Source: an uncultured Candidatus Marinamargulisbacteria bacterium | GTDB lineage: Bacteria > Margulisbacteria > Marinamargulisbacteria > SXXA01 > CAYGHZ01 | Reading direction: 5' to 3' | NCBI GenBank assembly: GCA_964349635.1 | Contig: CAYGHZ010000001.1 | Coordinates: 1-44,304, forward strand | DNA: 44,304 bases | Shown: positions 25,402 to 34,140 of the stretch, in pieces | Position numbering within the stretch: the first letter of the stretch is position 1 | Layout: each line of letters opens with the position of its first letter | Made by a program: the position numbers and the translations under genes | Notes under the pieces: generated by a model | What the model was told of the DNA's origin: nothing | Databases searched by the model: none | The model's input: the letters and a program-made list of their open reading frames with translations, nothing else

Positions 25402-26514
25402 TTTAGGCCGATATACGACGGAAATTCCCGGCCAGCGATCATCCAACGTTTTGGTGCGCTCGGGGCCCAACCCGTCAGCTCCATCAGCGACCCGATCGAA
25501 TTCTTCCTGAAGATGCGCCCCCATGTCTTCTGCGCCAACAAACCCGGACACGCCAAACCCCTTGAATTTTGGCACCCCTTCTCCATCCTTCATCTCAACG
25601 TCGGCTACGACGGCCCATTCTCCCGCCCAAGCGCCCTTTGGCGCCAACTCTTCATAATTTGAATGATTCTCAAAATAGACGATATCCCCCACTTCCAGCT
25701 GAGATTCCAGACCTATGTCCCTCCCCACTTTCAGCTCGCGAACAAAGTGCCTGTAAAAAGCCCCTTGCACAAAATCCCCATTTATTATTGAAAAAGTGGT
25801 GGTAAGCGCTACCTGTAGTCGACTCCTGGTCCCGTCCAAATATTTTGCGTCGAAATCGAGCCTTCCCAAAGTCAACGCTTCTGCGGCAAATGAAATCACC
25901 TGGGTGGCAGTTGCGCAATCAAAACAATTTTCATTTTTGCGTTTTGCAAGATACCGTTTAAAAATCTCTGTCGCAACGTCGAATGACGACTTTTTTTCTG
26001 AAGGCACAAATGCAACCGTTTGTTTTTCTCTCCCTACCGGTCGATTGGCGGGCACATAAGATTCTCCCCGCACTTTAACCATTTCCCCTTCGTATTCCTT
26101 CGCCTCGCCACTGGTCAATTTTTCCCAGGCCTTTGGATCCTCTACCCAGCCGTCGGTAAGGCCGATGCTGTCAGACTCATCTTCGTTATAGTCTCCTACC
26201 AAATCGATCAAGCCGGCATAGGCCCTAGTCACACACGAATAGATGAGCCTCCTTGAAAAGGCGTCTTTTTGTTTGGAATCCAAAAGTTCAAACATTTCAT
26301 TAAGGCGTAATGAATCTGTATAAAGATCAACGCGATGAAGCAGCCGCGTCAACAGGCCTTCGGCCATTTTTTTCACTTCGTATTTTGGCAGAAGTCTGTC
26401 CCCGCTATATTTCTTTAGCTTCGCGCTGCTCTGATCGAGAATATCAGAAAAGCTTCGCGTGTCTTCCGAAATGTTTAGACTTTGCGCTGGCGTGGAAATT
26501 ACTTTCTTTACCAT
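25384..26514 (-). CDS. Tgl-type (Bacillus spore-coat-like) transglutaminase homologue, paralogue 1
   Basis: CFDCATATQVISFAAEALTLGRLDFDAKY resembles the Tgl YAFECATAIVIIYYLALIDTIGEDKFNASF as I recall it (catalytic Cys). VGDIVYFEN...WAGEWAVV resembles LGDCLYFKN...WRGENVIL. Confidence 0.45.
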   Translation of the reverse strand: MVKKVISTPAQSLNISEDTRSFSDILDQSSAKLKKYSGDRLLPKYEVKKMAEGLLTRLLHRVDLYTDSLRLNEMFELLDSKQKDAFSRRLIYSCVTRAYAGLIDLVGDYNEDESDSIGLTDGWVEDPKAWEKLTSGEAKEYEGEMVKVRGESYVPANRPVGREKQTVAFVPSEKKSSFDVATEIFKRYLAKRKNENCFDCATATQVISFAAEALTLGRLDFDAKYLDGTRSRLQVALTTTFSIINGDFVQGAFYRHFVRELKVGRDIGLESQLEVGDIVYFENHSNYEELAPKGAWAGEWAVVADVEMKDGEGVPKFKGFGVSGFVGAEDMGAHLQEEFDRVADGADGLGPERTKTLDDRWPGISVVYRPKLLVDV

Positions 26515-26656
26515 ATTGTCCCCCCGGGGCCAAAAAATGTGTTAATACAGTTAATTATCGGTTTAAATTAATAAAAATTCCGCTGTTTTTTTTCGGGTGC
26601 AGATTGTAAAGTTTTCTATCTAATTCTTTGACTACACCTCAGAAACGGAAAAATCC

Positions 26657-27451
26657 ATGTCGCTTTTCAAAGTTGTTCCCTTGCCACCATCTCGATTTCC
26701 TTTAGCTGTTTCGCGTCAATCGCTTGCCGCAGAAATGGGAAAGGCTCTTTTGGAAATAAAAGCGCATTCGAGGTTTAATGATGAGGGCGATGATTCGCTT
26801 AAATTACCTAGAAAATATTGGGAACCTATACCGTGTTACCATTACGAGGATGGTCGCCCAAGGAAATATACGGATGGCGCGTTCCGAGTCATAGGCGAAA
26901 AATCGCCGTCGAAGGCGCTGGCTAGTCTGGTGTCCTCCAAAGCAAACAATCGCTTGGAATGCGGGTCGACCGTTCTCGCTTCGATTTATTTGGGGCTCGT
27001 TCGTTTGTTAGGCCCTGAAGGCTTTGATCACATTTTTTCCAGACGCCTGGTCGCGATTGCGCCGCTAAACGTGAGCCTGACGAGAGTCGGATGCAAAGAA
27101 TTTACATGCGATCATCCCTTTTTCAGGCTGTTAACCCAAAGCACCGGAGAGACAAAAGTTGAACGCATCCAAGCGGGTGATATTGTTTATTTTAGAAACT
27201 ACGATAGGTACGAAGAACTCTGTCCCGACGGCGCCTTTGCCGGGGAATGGACGATATGTGTAAGGCACCAGCCCATACCGGTCTTCAATTGTTTCGGCAT
27301 CGAAGGAGATTTAGACGCGAATTCCGTAAAGGATGTTTTGAGGGAAAAGTACAAACACGATACCGGGCAACGCAAAACACCAGGGGGCCGACCCACTATT
27401 GATGAGGTCTTTCGGCCGGACTTGTCGAAACTTGGTATAGAATTAACTTAA
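26657..27451 (+). CDS. Tgl-type transglutaminase homologue, paralogue 2
   Basis: Shares LECGSTVLASIYLGLVRLLGPEGFDHIF and AGDIVYFRNYDRYEELCPDGAFAGEWTI with paralogue 1. It is transcribed divergently from a 142-bp intergenic region. Confidence 0.45.
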   Translation: MSLFKVVPLPPSRFPLAVSRQSLAAEMGKALLEIKAHSRFNDEGDDSLKLPRKYWEPIPCYHYEDGRPRKYTDGAFRVIGEKSPSKALASLVSSKANNRLECGSTVLASIYLGLVRLLGPEGFDHIFSRRLVAIAPLNVSLTRVGCKEFTCDHPFFRLLTQSTGETKVERIQAGDIVYFRNYDRYEELCPDGAFAGEWTICVRHQPIPVFNCFGIEGDLDANSVKDVLREKYKHDTGQRKTPGGRPTIDEVFRPDLSKLGIELT

Positions 27452-27508
27452 TGTTTTAAATTCCTTTTTTTTGGGAAGAGAGTCTGTTGGAAGAAAGGGG
27501 AAAGTTTC

Positions 27509-28777
27509 TTGCAGAACTCGTTTGATAGCATCGTCATCGGGGCCGGGCTATCCGGCTTGACCGCCGCTTTGCATTTGCAAAAAGCGGGGCATAAAGTTCT
27601 TATCGTCGAAAAACGAAACGTTCCCGGTGGACTTTGCGGAACGACACATTTCGACGGATATGAATTTGTCATCGCCGCCAATGATTTCGGACGGATTTTG
27701 GAACGCCAGATCAAGTCGCTGGATATCCCTTTAAAATTTAAAAAAGCTAAAACGAAATTTTTTATTAATGGGACTACACTCACGTCTCCGCCGGATCCTA
27801 AGACGCTCTTAAAATTAGCGACTTGCGCCGGAGATTTGATTCGATTTATTAAGGCGTTTAAAACTCACGAGACGCTGGAAGACGCGGTGAAAGCTACCGT
27901 CAAAGACAAAACACTTTCGGAATTTTTACTAGCCCTCGCCTACCCATTAGGAATGTTGCCTAAAGAGGTACAATTGACTTCCCTTAAAAAAACATTTTCA
28001 AAAGAATTCAATTACGGTTATGACCAGCCCACCCTGCCGGTGGGCGGGCCTCGGGCATTGGTTGACGCGATGGTTGACGCTTTTGTTCATCGCGGCGGAC
28101 AGCTGATCCTGGGAACGGACTGCACTGCTCTTGGCAAAGAGATCGTAACTGAAAAGGGGAAATTTAAAGGGGATTTTGTGGTCTCAAGCACCGGCCGCTG
28201 GGATCAGTATTCAAACGATTTTAAACCCGGGCTAGCCATTAGCATGTTTCACCTAGCCGTCAAAAAAGAACTCATTTTCCCAAAAGGGATTCACACCCTC
28301 GTTCATCTGCCTGAAGGCGTTGAGCAATGGATGAACGATATTGATTCCGGTCGGCAACCCGGCGCCTTTGGATTTCATTTGTTTCCAAGCGAACTGGGGG
28401 AAAAGGGACTCTACTACACCATCAACGTGTATTTTTATTTGCCTCGCGAAATAAACGATCTATCTCACTCAGCCGAAAATTATATATTTACAAATGCAGA
28501 AAAGATGTTGCCCGGACTTGGCGAAGCGATGATCTATAAGAAATTCATTTCCGCAGCCGATTTTCAAAAGATCCATGGACTGTCCAGCCAAGCCACACGC
28601 TTTGTGGTCTCCGGAAAATTCGATAAACCGTCTATATACGATGCCGACAAGGATATCTATTATGTTGGCAATTCCGTATATCCGGACGGTGAGCACGCAG
28701 GGGGAGCGATGCTTTCAGGGCAGCTGGCTGCTCAACACATTCTTTTAGGGGGTAAGAAGGGTGAAAAAAGAAGATGA
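27509..28777 (+). CDS. FAD/NAD(P)-binding oxidoreductase (CrtI/amine-oxidase-like superfamily)
   Basis: Has an N-terminal dinucleotide-binding motif IVIGAGLSGLTAALHLQKAGHKVLIVEKRNVPGG and a C-terminal YYVGNSVYPDGEHAGGAMLSG. TTG start. Confidence 0.7.
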   Translation: MQNSFDSIVIGAGLSGLTAALHLQKAGHKVLIVEKRNVPGGLCGTTHFDGYEFVIAANDFGRILERQIKSLDIPLKFKKAKTKFFINGTTLTSPPDPKTLLKLATCAGDLIRFIKAFKTHETLEDAVKATVKDKTLSEFLLALAYPLGMLPKEVQLTSLKKTFSKEFNYGYDQPTLPVGGPRALVDAMVDAFVHRGGQLILGTDCTALGKEIVTEKGKFKGDFVVSSTGRWDQYSNDFKPGLAISMFHLAVKKELIFPKGIHTLVHLPEGVEQWMNDIDSGRQPGAFGFHLFPSELGEKGLYYTINVYFYLPREINDLSHSAENYIFTNAEKMLPGLGEAMIYKKFISAADFQKIHGLSSQATRFVVSGKFDKPSIYDADKDIYYVGNSVYPDGEHAGGAMLSGQLAAQHILLGGKKGEKRR

Positions 28778-31238
28778 TCTGATCAATATCGTCGATACGA
28801 TCTTTACGGATGCCGCCAACCGGCAGCTGATGTATCTCAATACGGAAGACCATCCGCTTGACGGACGAACTATTGGATTTAATGGTAAAGAGTATATTAA
28901 TTTTGGCTCCTGCAGTTATTTGGGGCTTGAGATCGATCCTCGCCTTAAGCAGGGCGTTATTGACGCTGTCACACGATATGGCACTCAATTTTCTTCATCG
29001 CGCAGCTACATGTCTGCCCCACCATACGTGGAATTGGAAGATCAACTGTCTCAATTGTTCGGCGGATATGCGCTGGTGACTCCTAGCACGACATTGGGGC
29101 ATCTGTCGGCTCTTCGGGTATTAGTTAAGCCAAATCATGCCGTCATTATGGATCGCCAAGTTCATGCCAGCGTTCAGATGGCCGCCAACCAATGTCGCCT
29201 TCAGGGCGTCCCCGTCGAGATCGTTTTACACAGCCACTTGGACGCATTGGAACAAAAAATAAAATCCCTTCGGGATACCCACGACGTGATTTGGTACCTG
29301 GCGGACGGCGTTTATTCGATGTATGGCGACTTGGCGCCTCTGCCGGAGCTCATGCAATTGCTTGAAAAATACCCTCAGCTTCATTTGTATATCGATGACG
29401 CCCATGGCATGAGCTGGACTGGGAAAAGCGGACGCGGATATACCTTGGGCGCGGTCGATTTGCGCGAGCGCATGGTGGTGGCCACGTCGCTTAACAAAGC
29501 ATTTGCCTGCGCGGGCGGATGCCTTGTATTCCCCAACGAGGAAATGCGCAGGCGTGTTAAAACATGCGGACAAACTATTATTTTTAGCGGTCCGGTTCAG
29601 CCCCCGATGTTGGGCGCGGCGTTAGCTTCTGCCAGGCTCCATCTTTCTCCGGAATTTGCCGTCATTCAAAACGAACTTAAAGAACGTATTGTCTATTGCA
29701 ATACACTGCTGGAAGAAGCGCAATTACCGGTCGTGGCGATGACCGTTACCCCGATCGAATATATTTGCACCGGATTGTGGCGCGTGGCGCTCAATATGGT
29801 GAAGCGCATTCATTCGGAAGGCTATTATGTGAACCCGGCGCCCTTCCCGGCTGTACCCATGAAGTGTTGCGGCATTCGATTTACGCTGACCCGCCATCAG
29901 ACGTTTGAAGACATCAAGGGACTGGTAGACGCGATTAAGCACCACTTTCCTTTAGCCTTGGCTGAAGAAAATTATTCGCTGGAAGAAATCAAAACCGCGT
30001 TTCAAGAGGCGCTTCCAGCCACATTCGTTAAAGAATTTTATAAAAACTACAAGCAGGCCGCCCAACTATATTCGACCAAGACAGAGGAAAAATCCAAATT
30101 TACCGTTATTGAAACCAAAACTATTCATGGTCTCTCGCAGGAATTGTGGGACAACCTCTTTTACGGCAAGGGCAGTTTTAGCCATAACGGCATGCGATAC
30201 CTAGAAGATACCTTCGGCAATAACCCGGAAAAAGAAAACAACTGGAAATTCCATTATTTTGTGATTAAAGATCGCCAAGATCGGGTCGTTTTAGCTACAT
30301 TTTTTACCGAATGTATGGTCAAAGACGATTTGCTCTCTCCAGGATCGATATCGGCCCAAATTGAGACGATGCGAACGCGTGACCCCCACTATTTCACTTC
30401 GCACTGCCTGCAAATGGGCTCTCTATTTACAGAAGGACGTCATTTATATATTAACCCGCAGTTGGAATGGCGCGATGCCTTTTTGATGCTTTTGAAGCGG
30501 GTAAAAGAAATTCAGGAAACCTGCGGCGCCGACATGATCTTGCTTCGCGATTTTCCGAAAGACGACGATGCGTTAAAAATGATGATGTTGGAGCAAGGAT
30601 ACGTTCAAACCCCTATGCCGGACACTCATGTTGTCGACAATTCGATTTGGAAAAATGGATCCGAAAATCTATTGTTCTTGCCGCCCAAATTCCGCCGGTT
30701 CATTCGAAAAGAAGTTCTCCCATTCGAAAACCAGTACGCTATCAAGATTTTTAATAAAGAATCGTCCCTGCCTTCGGAGCAAGAACTGGATTATTTTTAT
30801 TCGCTCTATAAAAACGTTAAAGGCAAGTCGTTAGAAATTAATGTGTTTGATCTTCCCAAAACGATATTCAAAAATATGCTTCGCTATTCGGATTGGGAAA
30901 TCATGGCGCTTTATCTTAAGCAAAACGGGGATTTGCCGGTTTCGGTGGTTGGCTGTTTTAAAAATGGCGACGCCTACTGTCCGGGATTAATCGGCCTGGA
31001 TTACCGGTATTTGGAATCGTGCAGCCCTTACCGACAAACACTCTACCAAACCATCAAACGAGCTACCGAGCTGGGTTTTGCCCGCACCCATTTTGGAGAG
31101 ACGGCGACATTGGAAAAGCGGCGTTTAGGCGCTACGGCCTATCCCATAGTGGCCTATTTTCTCTCCAAAGATACGTTTAAGCTCGAGGTTCTTTCGCAGA
31201 TGCAGATTACTAAAAAATCCAAAGTGGTATACTCATAA
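28761..31238 (+). CDS. fusion protein: N-terminal alpha-oxoamine synthase (BioF/Spt/Kbl-like, PLP-dependent) + C-terminal GNAT-fold (BioF2-like/FemAB-like) acyltransferase domain
   Basis: Alpha-oxoamine synthase motifs are present: INFGSCSYLGL, DDAHGMSWTGKSGRG and ATSLNKAF (PLP Lys). About 400 further residues (LSQELWDNLFYGKGSFSHNGMRYLE...) resemble the acyltransferase domain often fused to BioF-like enzymes. Confidence 0.65.
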   Translation: MKKEDDLINIVDTIFTDAANRQLMYLNTEDHPLDGRTIGFNGKEYINFGSCSYLGLEIDPRLKQGVIDAVTRYGTQFSSSRSYMSAPPYVELEDQLSQLFGGYALVTPSTTLGHLSALRVLVKPNHAVIMDRQVHASVQMAANQCRLQGVPVEIVLHSHLDALEQKIKSLRDTHDVIWYLADGVYSMYGDLAPLPELMQLLEKYPQLHLYIDDAHGMSWTGKSGRGYTLGAVDLRERMVVATSLNKAFACAGGCLVFPNEEMRRRVKTCGQTIIFSGPVQPPMLGAALASARLHLSPEFAVIQNELKERIVYCNTLLEEAQLPVVAMTVTPIEYICTGLWRVALNMVKRIHSEGYYVNPAPFPAVPMKCCGIRFTLTRHQTFEDIKGLVDAIKHHFPLALAEENYSLEEIKTAFQEALPATFVKEFYKNYKQAAQLYSTKTEEKSKFTVIETKTIHGLSQELWDNLFYGKGSFSHNGMRYLEDTFGNNPEKENNWKFHYFVIKDRQDRVVLATFFTECMVKDDLLSPGSISAQIETMRTRDPHYFTSHCLQMGSLFTEGRHLYINPQLEWRDAFLMLLKRVKEIQETCGADMILLRDFPKDDDALKMMMLEQGYVQTPMPDTHVVDNSIWKNGSENLLFLPPKFRRFIRKEVLPFENQYAIKIFNKESSLPSEQELDYFYSLYKNVKGKSLEINVFDLPKTIFKNMLRYSDWEIMALYLKQNGDLPVSVVGCFKNGDAYCPGLIGLDYRYLESCSPYRQTLYQTIKRATELGFARTHFGETATLEKRRLGATAYPIVAYFLSKDTFKLEVLSQMQITKKSKVVYS

Positions 31239-31240
31239 AC

Positions 31241-31600
31241 ATGCCTGCCATTCTTGTGGTCGATGACGAAGAAATTATTCTTCAGAGTTTTATTCGCATC
31301 CTGGAAAAAGAAGACTTAACTCTATTTACCGCCCAGGATAAAAAAGGGGCCCTTGAAAAGCTGGAAAATCCCATTTCTTTGTTTATTTGCGATGTGCGGA
31401 TGCCCGATGTCGATGGCCTCGAACTGATCAAAAACGCCAAAGAAAAAAATCCTCTTTTAAAGACCATTCTTTTAACCGGATTCGAAGACGCGACAATTCG
31501 AGAAGCCGCCGAGAAATTACATGTCGACCTATTGTTGACCAAACCCATTCGCGATATCGGGGGGTTTGTTCAAGCTATTCACCGTTTACTTAACTCCTAG
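31241..31600 (+). CDS. stand-alone response-regulator receiver domain (CheY-like)
   Basis: Contains the VVDDEE acidic pocket, the phospho-acceptor context FICDVRMPDVDG and LLTKP Lys. It is 119 aa with no output domain. It starts 2 nt after the upstream stop. Confidence 0.85.
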   Translation: MPAILVVDDEEIILQSFIRILEKEDLTLFTAQDKKGALEKLENPISLFICDVRMPDVDGLELIKNAKEKNPLLKTILLTGFEDATIREAAEKLHVDLLLTKPIRDIGGFVQAIHRLLNS

Positions 31601-31604
31601 TCCC

Positions 31605-32471
31605 ATGCGCCTCGTTTGGTTACCGGCGCTTTTACTCTTTGCTGCTTTGCCTGCATTTGGCGTCACATCAAACGTCACGGCAAAATTAGGCGCCATTTCC
31701 GGCAATAGCCGCTATCAGATTGGCGAGAAGTCGCCCGTCAGCGAACTAGTTTTCCCTTTGAACACGCTTCTTTTCCAGGCTGAAGGCGGGATCTCCTGGG
31801 AAAACGTGGTGTTTTTTCGGGTTGGCTTGGGAAAAAATATCAGCTCCTACAGCGGAAAAATGACCGATTCAGACTGGGACTCTTCGGGAAACCTGGAGAC
31901 CTACTCCGAAAGCGACTCCGATCTAAATCTTTTTACAGCCGACGCCCATTTCTTGGTGAACTGTATCGAAACGCCGGTCAATGGCCTGCGCGTGGGATTG
32001 GGCTATTATTATCAAAATTTTGATTTTACTATCAGCAACACCCGACAAACCTACCCCTCCAGCAACAAACCGCCGGAATACATTCCTGACAAAACGCTTT
32101 TATACTCCATCGTTTATCATATTCCCGTTTTTGAGATAGTGGGATATTCACATTGGCAAGCCATTCGATCTTCGCTTGCCATTGGATATTCTCCGTTTGT
32201 GACCAGCCAAGACAGCGACAACCACATTTTACGCTCCCGAGTTGGCGACGGGAACCAGCGAGGCCAGGTCTGGATTATTGACTCCCAGCTTCATTACCAG
32301 GCCACCCCTCAATTATCCTTCTCGATTGACGCGCATTATCTCAAGACGGTTGGTTTTGGGCGCCAGGTTCAAACAGAATACGGGTCTTCGCCCCGCACCC
32401 TCGGAATAATCGACCAAACGGTTGCCAGTGACCAATATTCGGTTCTATTTGGTTTAAGGCACATGTTCTAA
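31605..32471 (+). CDS. omptin-like (peptidase A26-like) outer-membrane beta-barrel protease
   Basis: Signal peptide MRLVWLPALLLFAALPAFG. MTDSDWDSSGN resembles OmpT MVDQDWMDSSN (Asp83/Asp85). SQDSDNH resembles OmpT SSDNDEH (Asp210/His212). The C-terminal GLRHMF resembles OmpT GLKYTF. I chose the start at 31605 to avoid overlapping the receiver gene. Confidence 0.55.
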   Translation: MRLVWLPALLLFAALPAFGVTSNVTAKLGAISGNSRYQIGEKSPVSELVFPLNTLLFQAEGGISWENVVFFRVGLGKNISSYSGKMTDSDWDSSGNLETYSESDSDLNLFTADAHFLVNCIETPVNGLRVGLGYYYQNFDFTISNTRQTYPSSNKPPEYIPDKTLLYSIVYHIPVFEIVGYSHWQAIRSSLAIGYSPFVTSQDSDNHILRSRVGDGNQRGQVWIIDSQLHYQATPQLSFSIDAHYLKTVGFGRQVQTEYGSSPRTLGIIDQTVASDQYSVLFGLRHMF

Positions 32472-32517
32472 TTATTCATACAAGTTTCTTGTTTCAAGCC
32501 ACGATACATGGGGTGGA

Positions 32518-33129
32518 ATGAACAAGAATAAACACATCAGTTTAACTTTGATCCTGATAATGCTGGCGGTAGCCCCGTTTTTTTCTCCAATCCAGGCTGG
32601 CCTGCAGTTCACGTCTCTTTCGCTCAACACCATCCTTCACTTTGGGTCCGGCTTTATCAATAACTTTAAAGATTTTGGCGGCCGGGACACGCGAGGCACC
32701 TTTACCAATAACCAGAAAGGCCTATCTATCTTAGGAGTTAGCTTTCAAAGCGTCGGCCAGACGATGGATGATCTCTCGCAGGGGAACATGTCATTAGCTA
32801 TGGCTATTAACGATGACGATTCGGAAGCCAAAGTCGATAAAGAACCCCTTGTTTACCCTAATCCGTTTCGCCAGGAGCAGGGAGCCCAGTTGGGTTACTC
32901 TCTCAACAAAAACATGGACCTCGAGATTCACATCTATAACATGCTCGCACAGAGAATCACCCAAAAGATTTTCTATAAGGGAGTCAACGGCGGCCACCAG
33001 GGATACAACAAGGTCGACTTCAATTTGGGCACTTGGGACGGATACGTCTTATCGGCGGGGGTTTATTTTTACGTACTGATGAATAACGGCAAGGTTTTGG
33101 CGAAGGGGAAGATGGCGGTAATCCCATGA
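32518..33129 (+). CDS. small secreted protein with T9SS-CTD / FlgD-Ig-like C-terminal domain
   Basis: Has an N-terminal signal/anchor. The C-terminal ~90 aa begin with the hallmark VYPNPF, followed by L.I.IYN..., SAGVYFYVL and K.AVIP, as in type-A sorting / FlgD-Ig domains. Confidence 0.5.
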   Translation: MNKNKHISLTLILIMLAVAPFFSPIQAGLQFTSLSLNTILHFGSGFINNFKDFGGRDTRGTFTNNQKGLSILGVSFQSVGQTMDDLSQGNMSLAMAINDDDSEAKVDKEPLVYPNPFRQEQGAQLGYSLNKNMDLEIHIYNMLAQRITQKIFYKGVNGGHQGYNKVDFNLGTWDGYVLSAGVYFYVLMNNGKVLAKGKMAVIP

Positions 33130-34058
33130 AACGACACATTTTAGCGATTTTACTTTTGCTCGGTTTATTGAGCCAGCCTGCCCAGGCTGGCGGAGACTTT
33201 TTTATGGTGTCCGACGTTGGCTCTTCAGCGCGAATGATTCGCATGGGGAATATCGAAGGATTTTCCGAATTTGCCAATGGCGTTTTTGAAAACCCCGCTT
33301 CACTCTATCGAACCAAGCGATTTTCCGCCTCTGTTTTCACGACAACGTTTATGAACGAAGTCCAATACAAAAACCTTTCGGTAAGCACGAAACTGCCGTT
33401 TGGGACCCTTGGGCTTGGCTATATGACCGCCGGGGTGGGCGCCATCCCTCGCACCTATGAATCGGTCGCAACTACCCCTGGCGAAGAGTCAACATTTGAT
33501 GTCGGCGGATATTTTGATTATAACAATACTATGGCTAAGGTCTCGTATGAGCTGTCCCAAACCGAAAATCTCCATTTTGGCACTTCCTTGACCTACTATG
33601 CCTCCACCATCGATACGCATTCCGGTCGAGGCTTTAACTTTGATGCCGGGATTGTGGCTGTCGCCCGACCTCTGACCCTTTCCGTGGTCGCCAAGAACGT
33701 CGTGCCCTCGCTCAAGGTTAATTATTCGAACGGACAGTCTGAAACCTTGCCGCTGCAAACCAGCTATAGCGCCCTGTATCATATCGGTAATTTTGATTTG
33801 CTGGGTCAGCTTCGGGCTATTGGCAATAACCAAAAATTCATGAAATCGTTTGCCGTTAACTATTCCCCTCATTTTGTTCCGTTCTTCCATATTTCCGGTG
33901 GCTATAAGGAATTTCCGGTGATACGGGATATTAAGAGCAACTATGTTTTGGGACTAGGATTAGATGTTTTCGATGTTAGCTTCGATTACGCCTACGAACG
34001 TAGCGAGCATATCGAATACAACAATAAGCACTACTTTTCCGTTGCGTTTTCGTACTAA
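33126..34058 (+). CDS. outer-membrane beta-barrel, PorV/PorQ/FadL-like
   Basis: Signal peptide ending AQAGG. SSARMIRMGN....A.GVFENPASL matches the (A/S)R..(G)MG...A......NPA.L N-terminal signature of PorV/PorQ/FadL-type barrels. It shows an alternating beta pattern and an aromatic C-terminus (VAFSY). The ATGA overlaps the upstream gene. Confidence 0.5.
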   Translation: MKRHILAILLLLGLLSQPAQAGGDFFMVSDVGSSARMIRMGNIEGFSEFANGVFENPASLYRTKRFSASVFTTTFMNEVQYKNLSVSTKLPFGTLGLGYMTAGVGAIPRTYESVATTPGEESTFDVGGYFDYNNTMAKVSYELSQTENLHFGTSLTYYASTIDTHSGRGFNFDAGIVAVARPLTLSVVAKNVVPSLKVNYSNGQSETLPLQTSYSALYHIGNFDLLGQLRAIGNNQKFMKSFAVNYSPHFVPFFHISGGYKEFPVIRDIKSNYVLGLGLDVFDVSFDYAYERSEHIEYNNKHYFSVAFSY

Positions 34059-34074
34059 CATAGGGAAAACCTGA

Positions 34075-34140
34075 ATGAAATGGGGACTAACTTTAGTTTT
34101 ATTGGCATCGCTTAGTTTCGCTTCCGCGACCCTGGCGGCC
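34075..34140 (+). other. signal peptide of the giant protein
   Basis: MKWGLTLVLLASLSFASATLAA followed by EKP: a positive N-terminus, hydrophobic core and A-x-A-like cleavage context. Confidence 0.7.

Noticed and set aside
31566-31604. The upstream start of the omptin-like ORF as listed in the track
   Set aside because: It would overlap the receiver gene by 35 nt and place 13 residues before a typical signal peptide. The ATG at 31605 starts directly with MRLVWLPALLLFAALPAFG.
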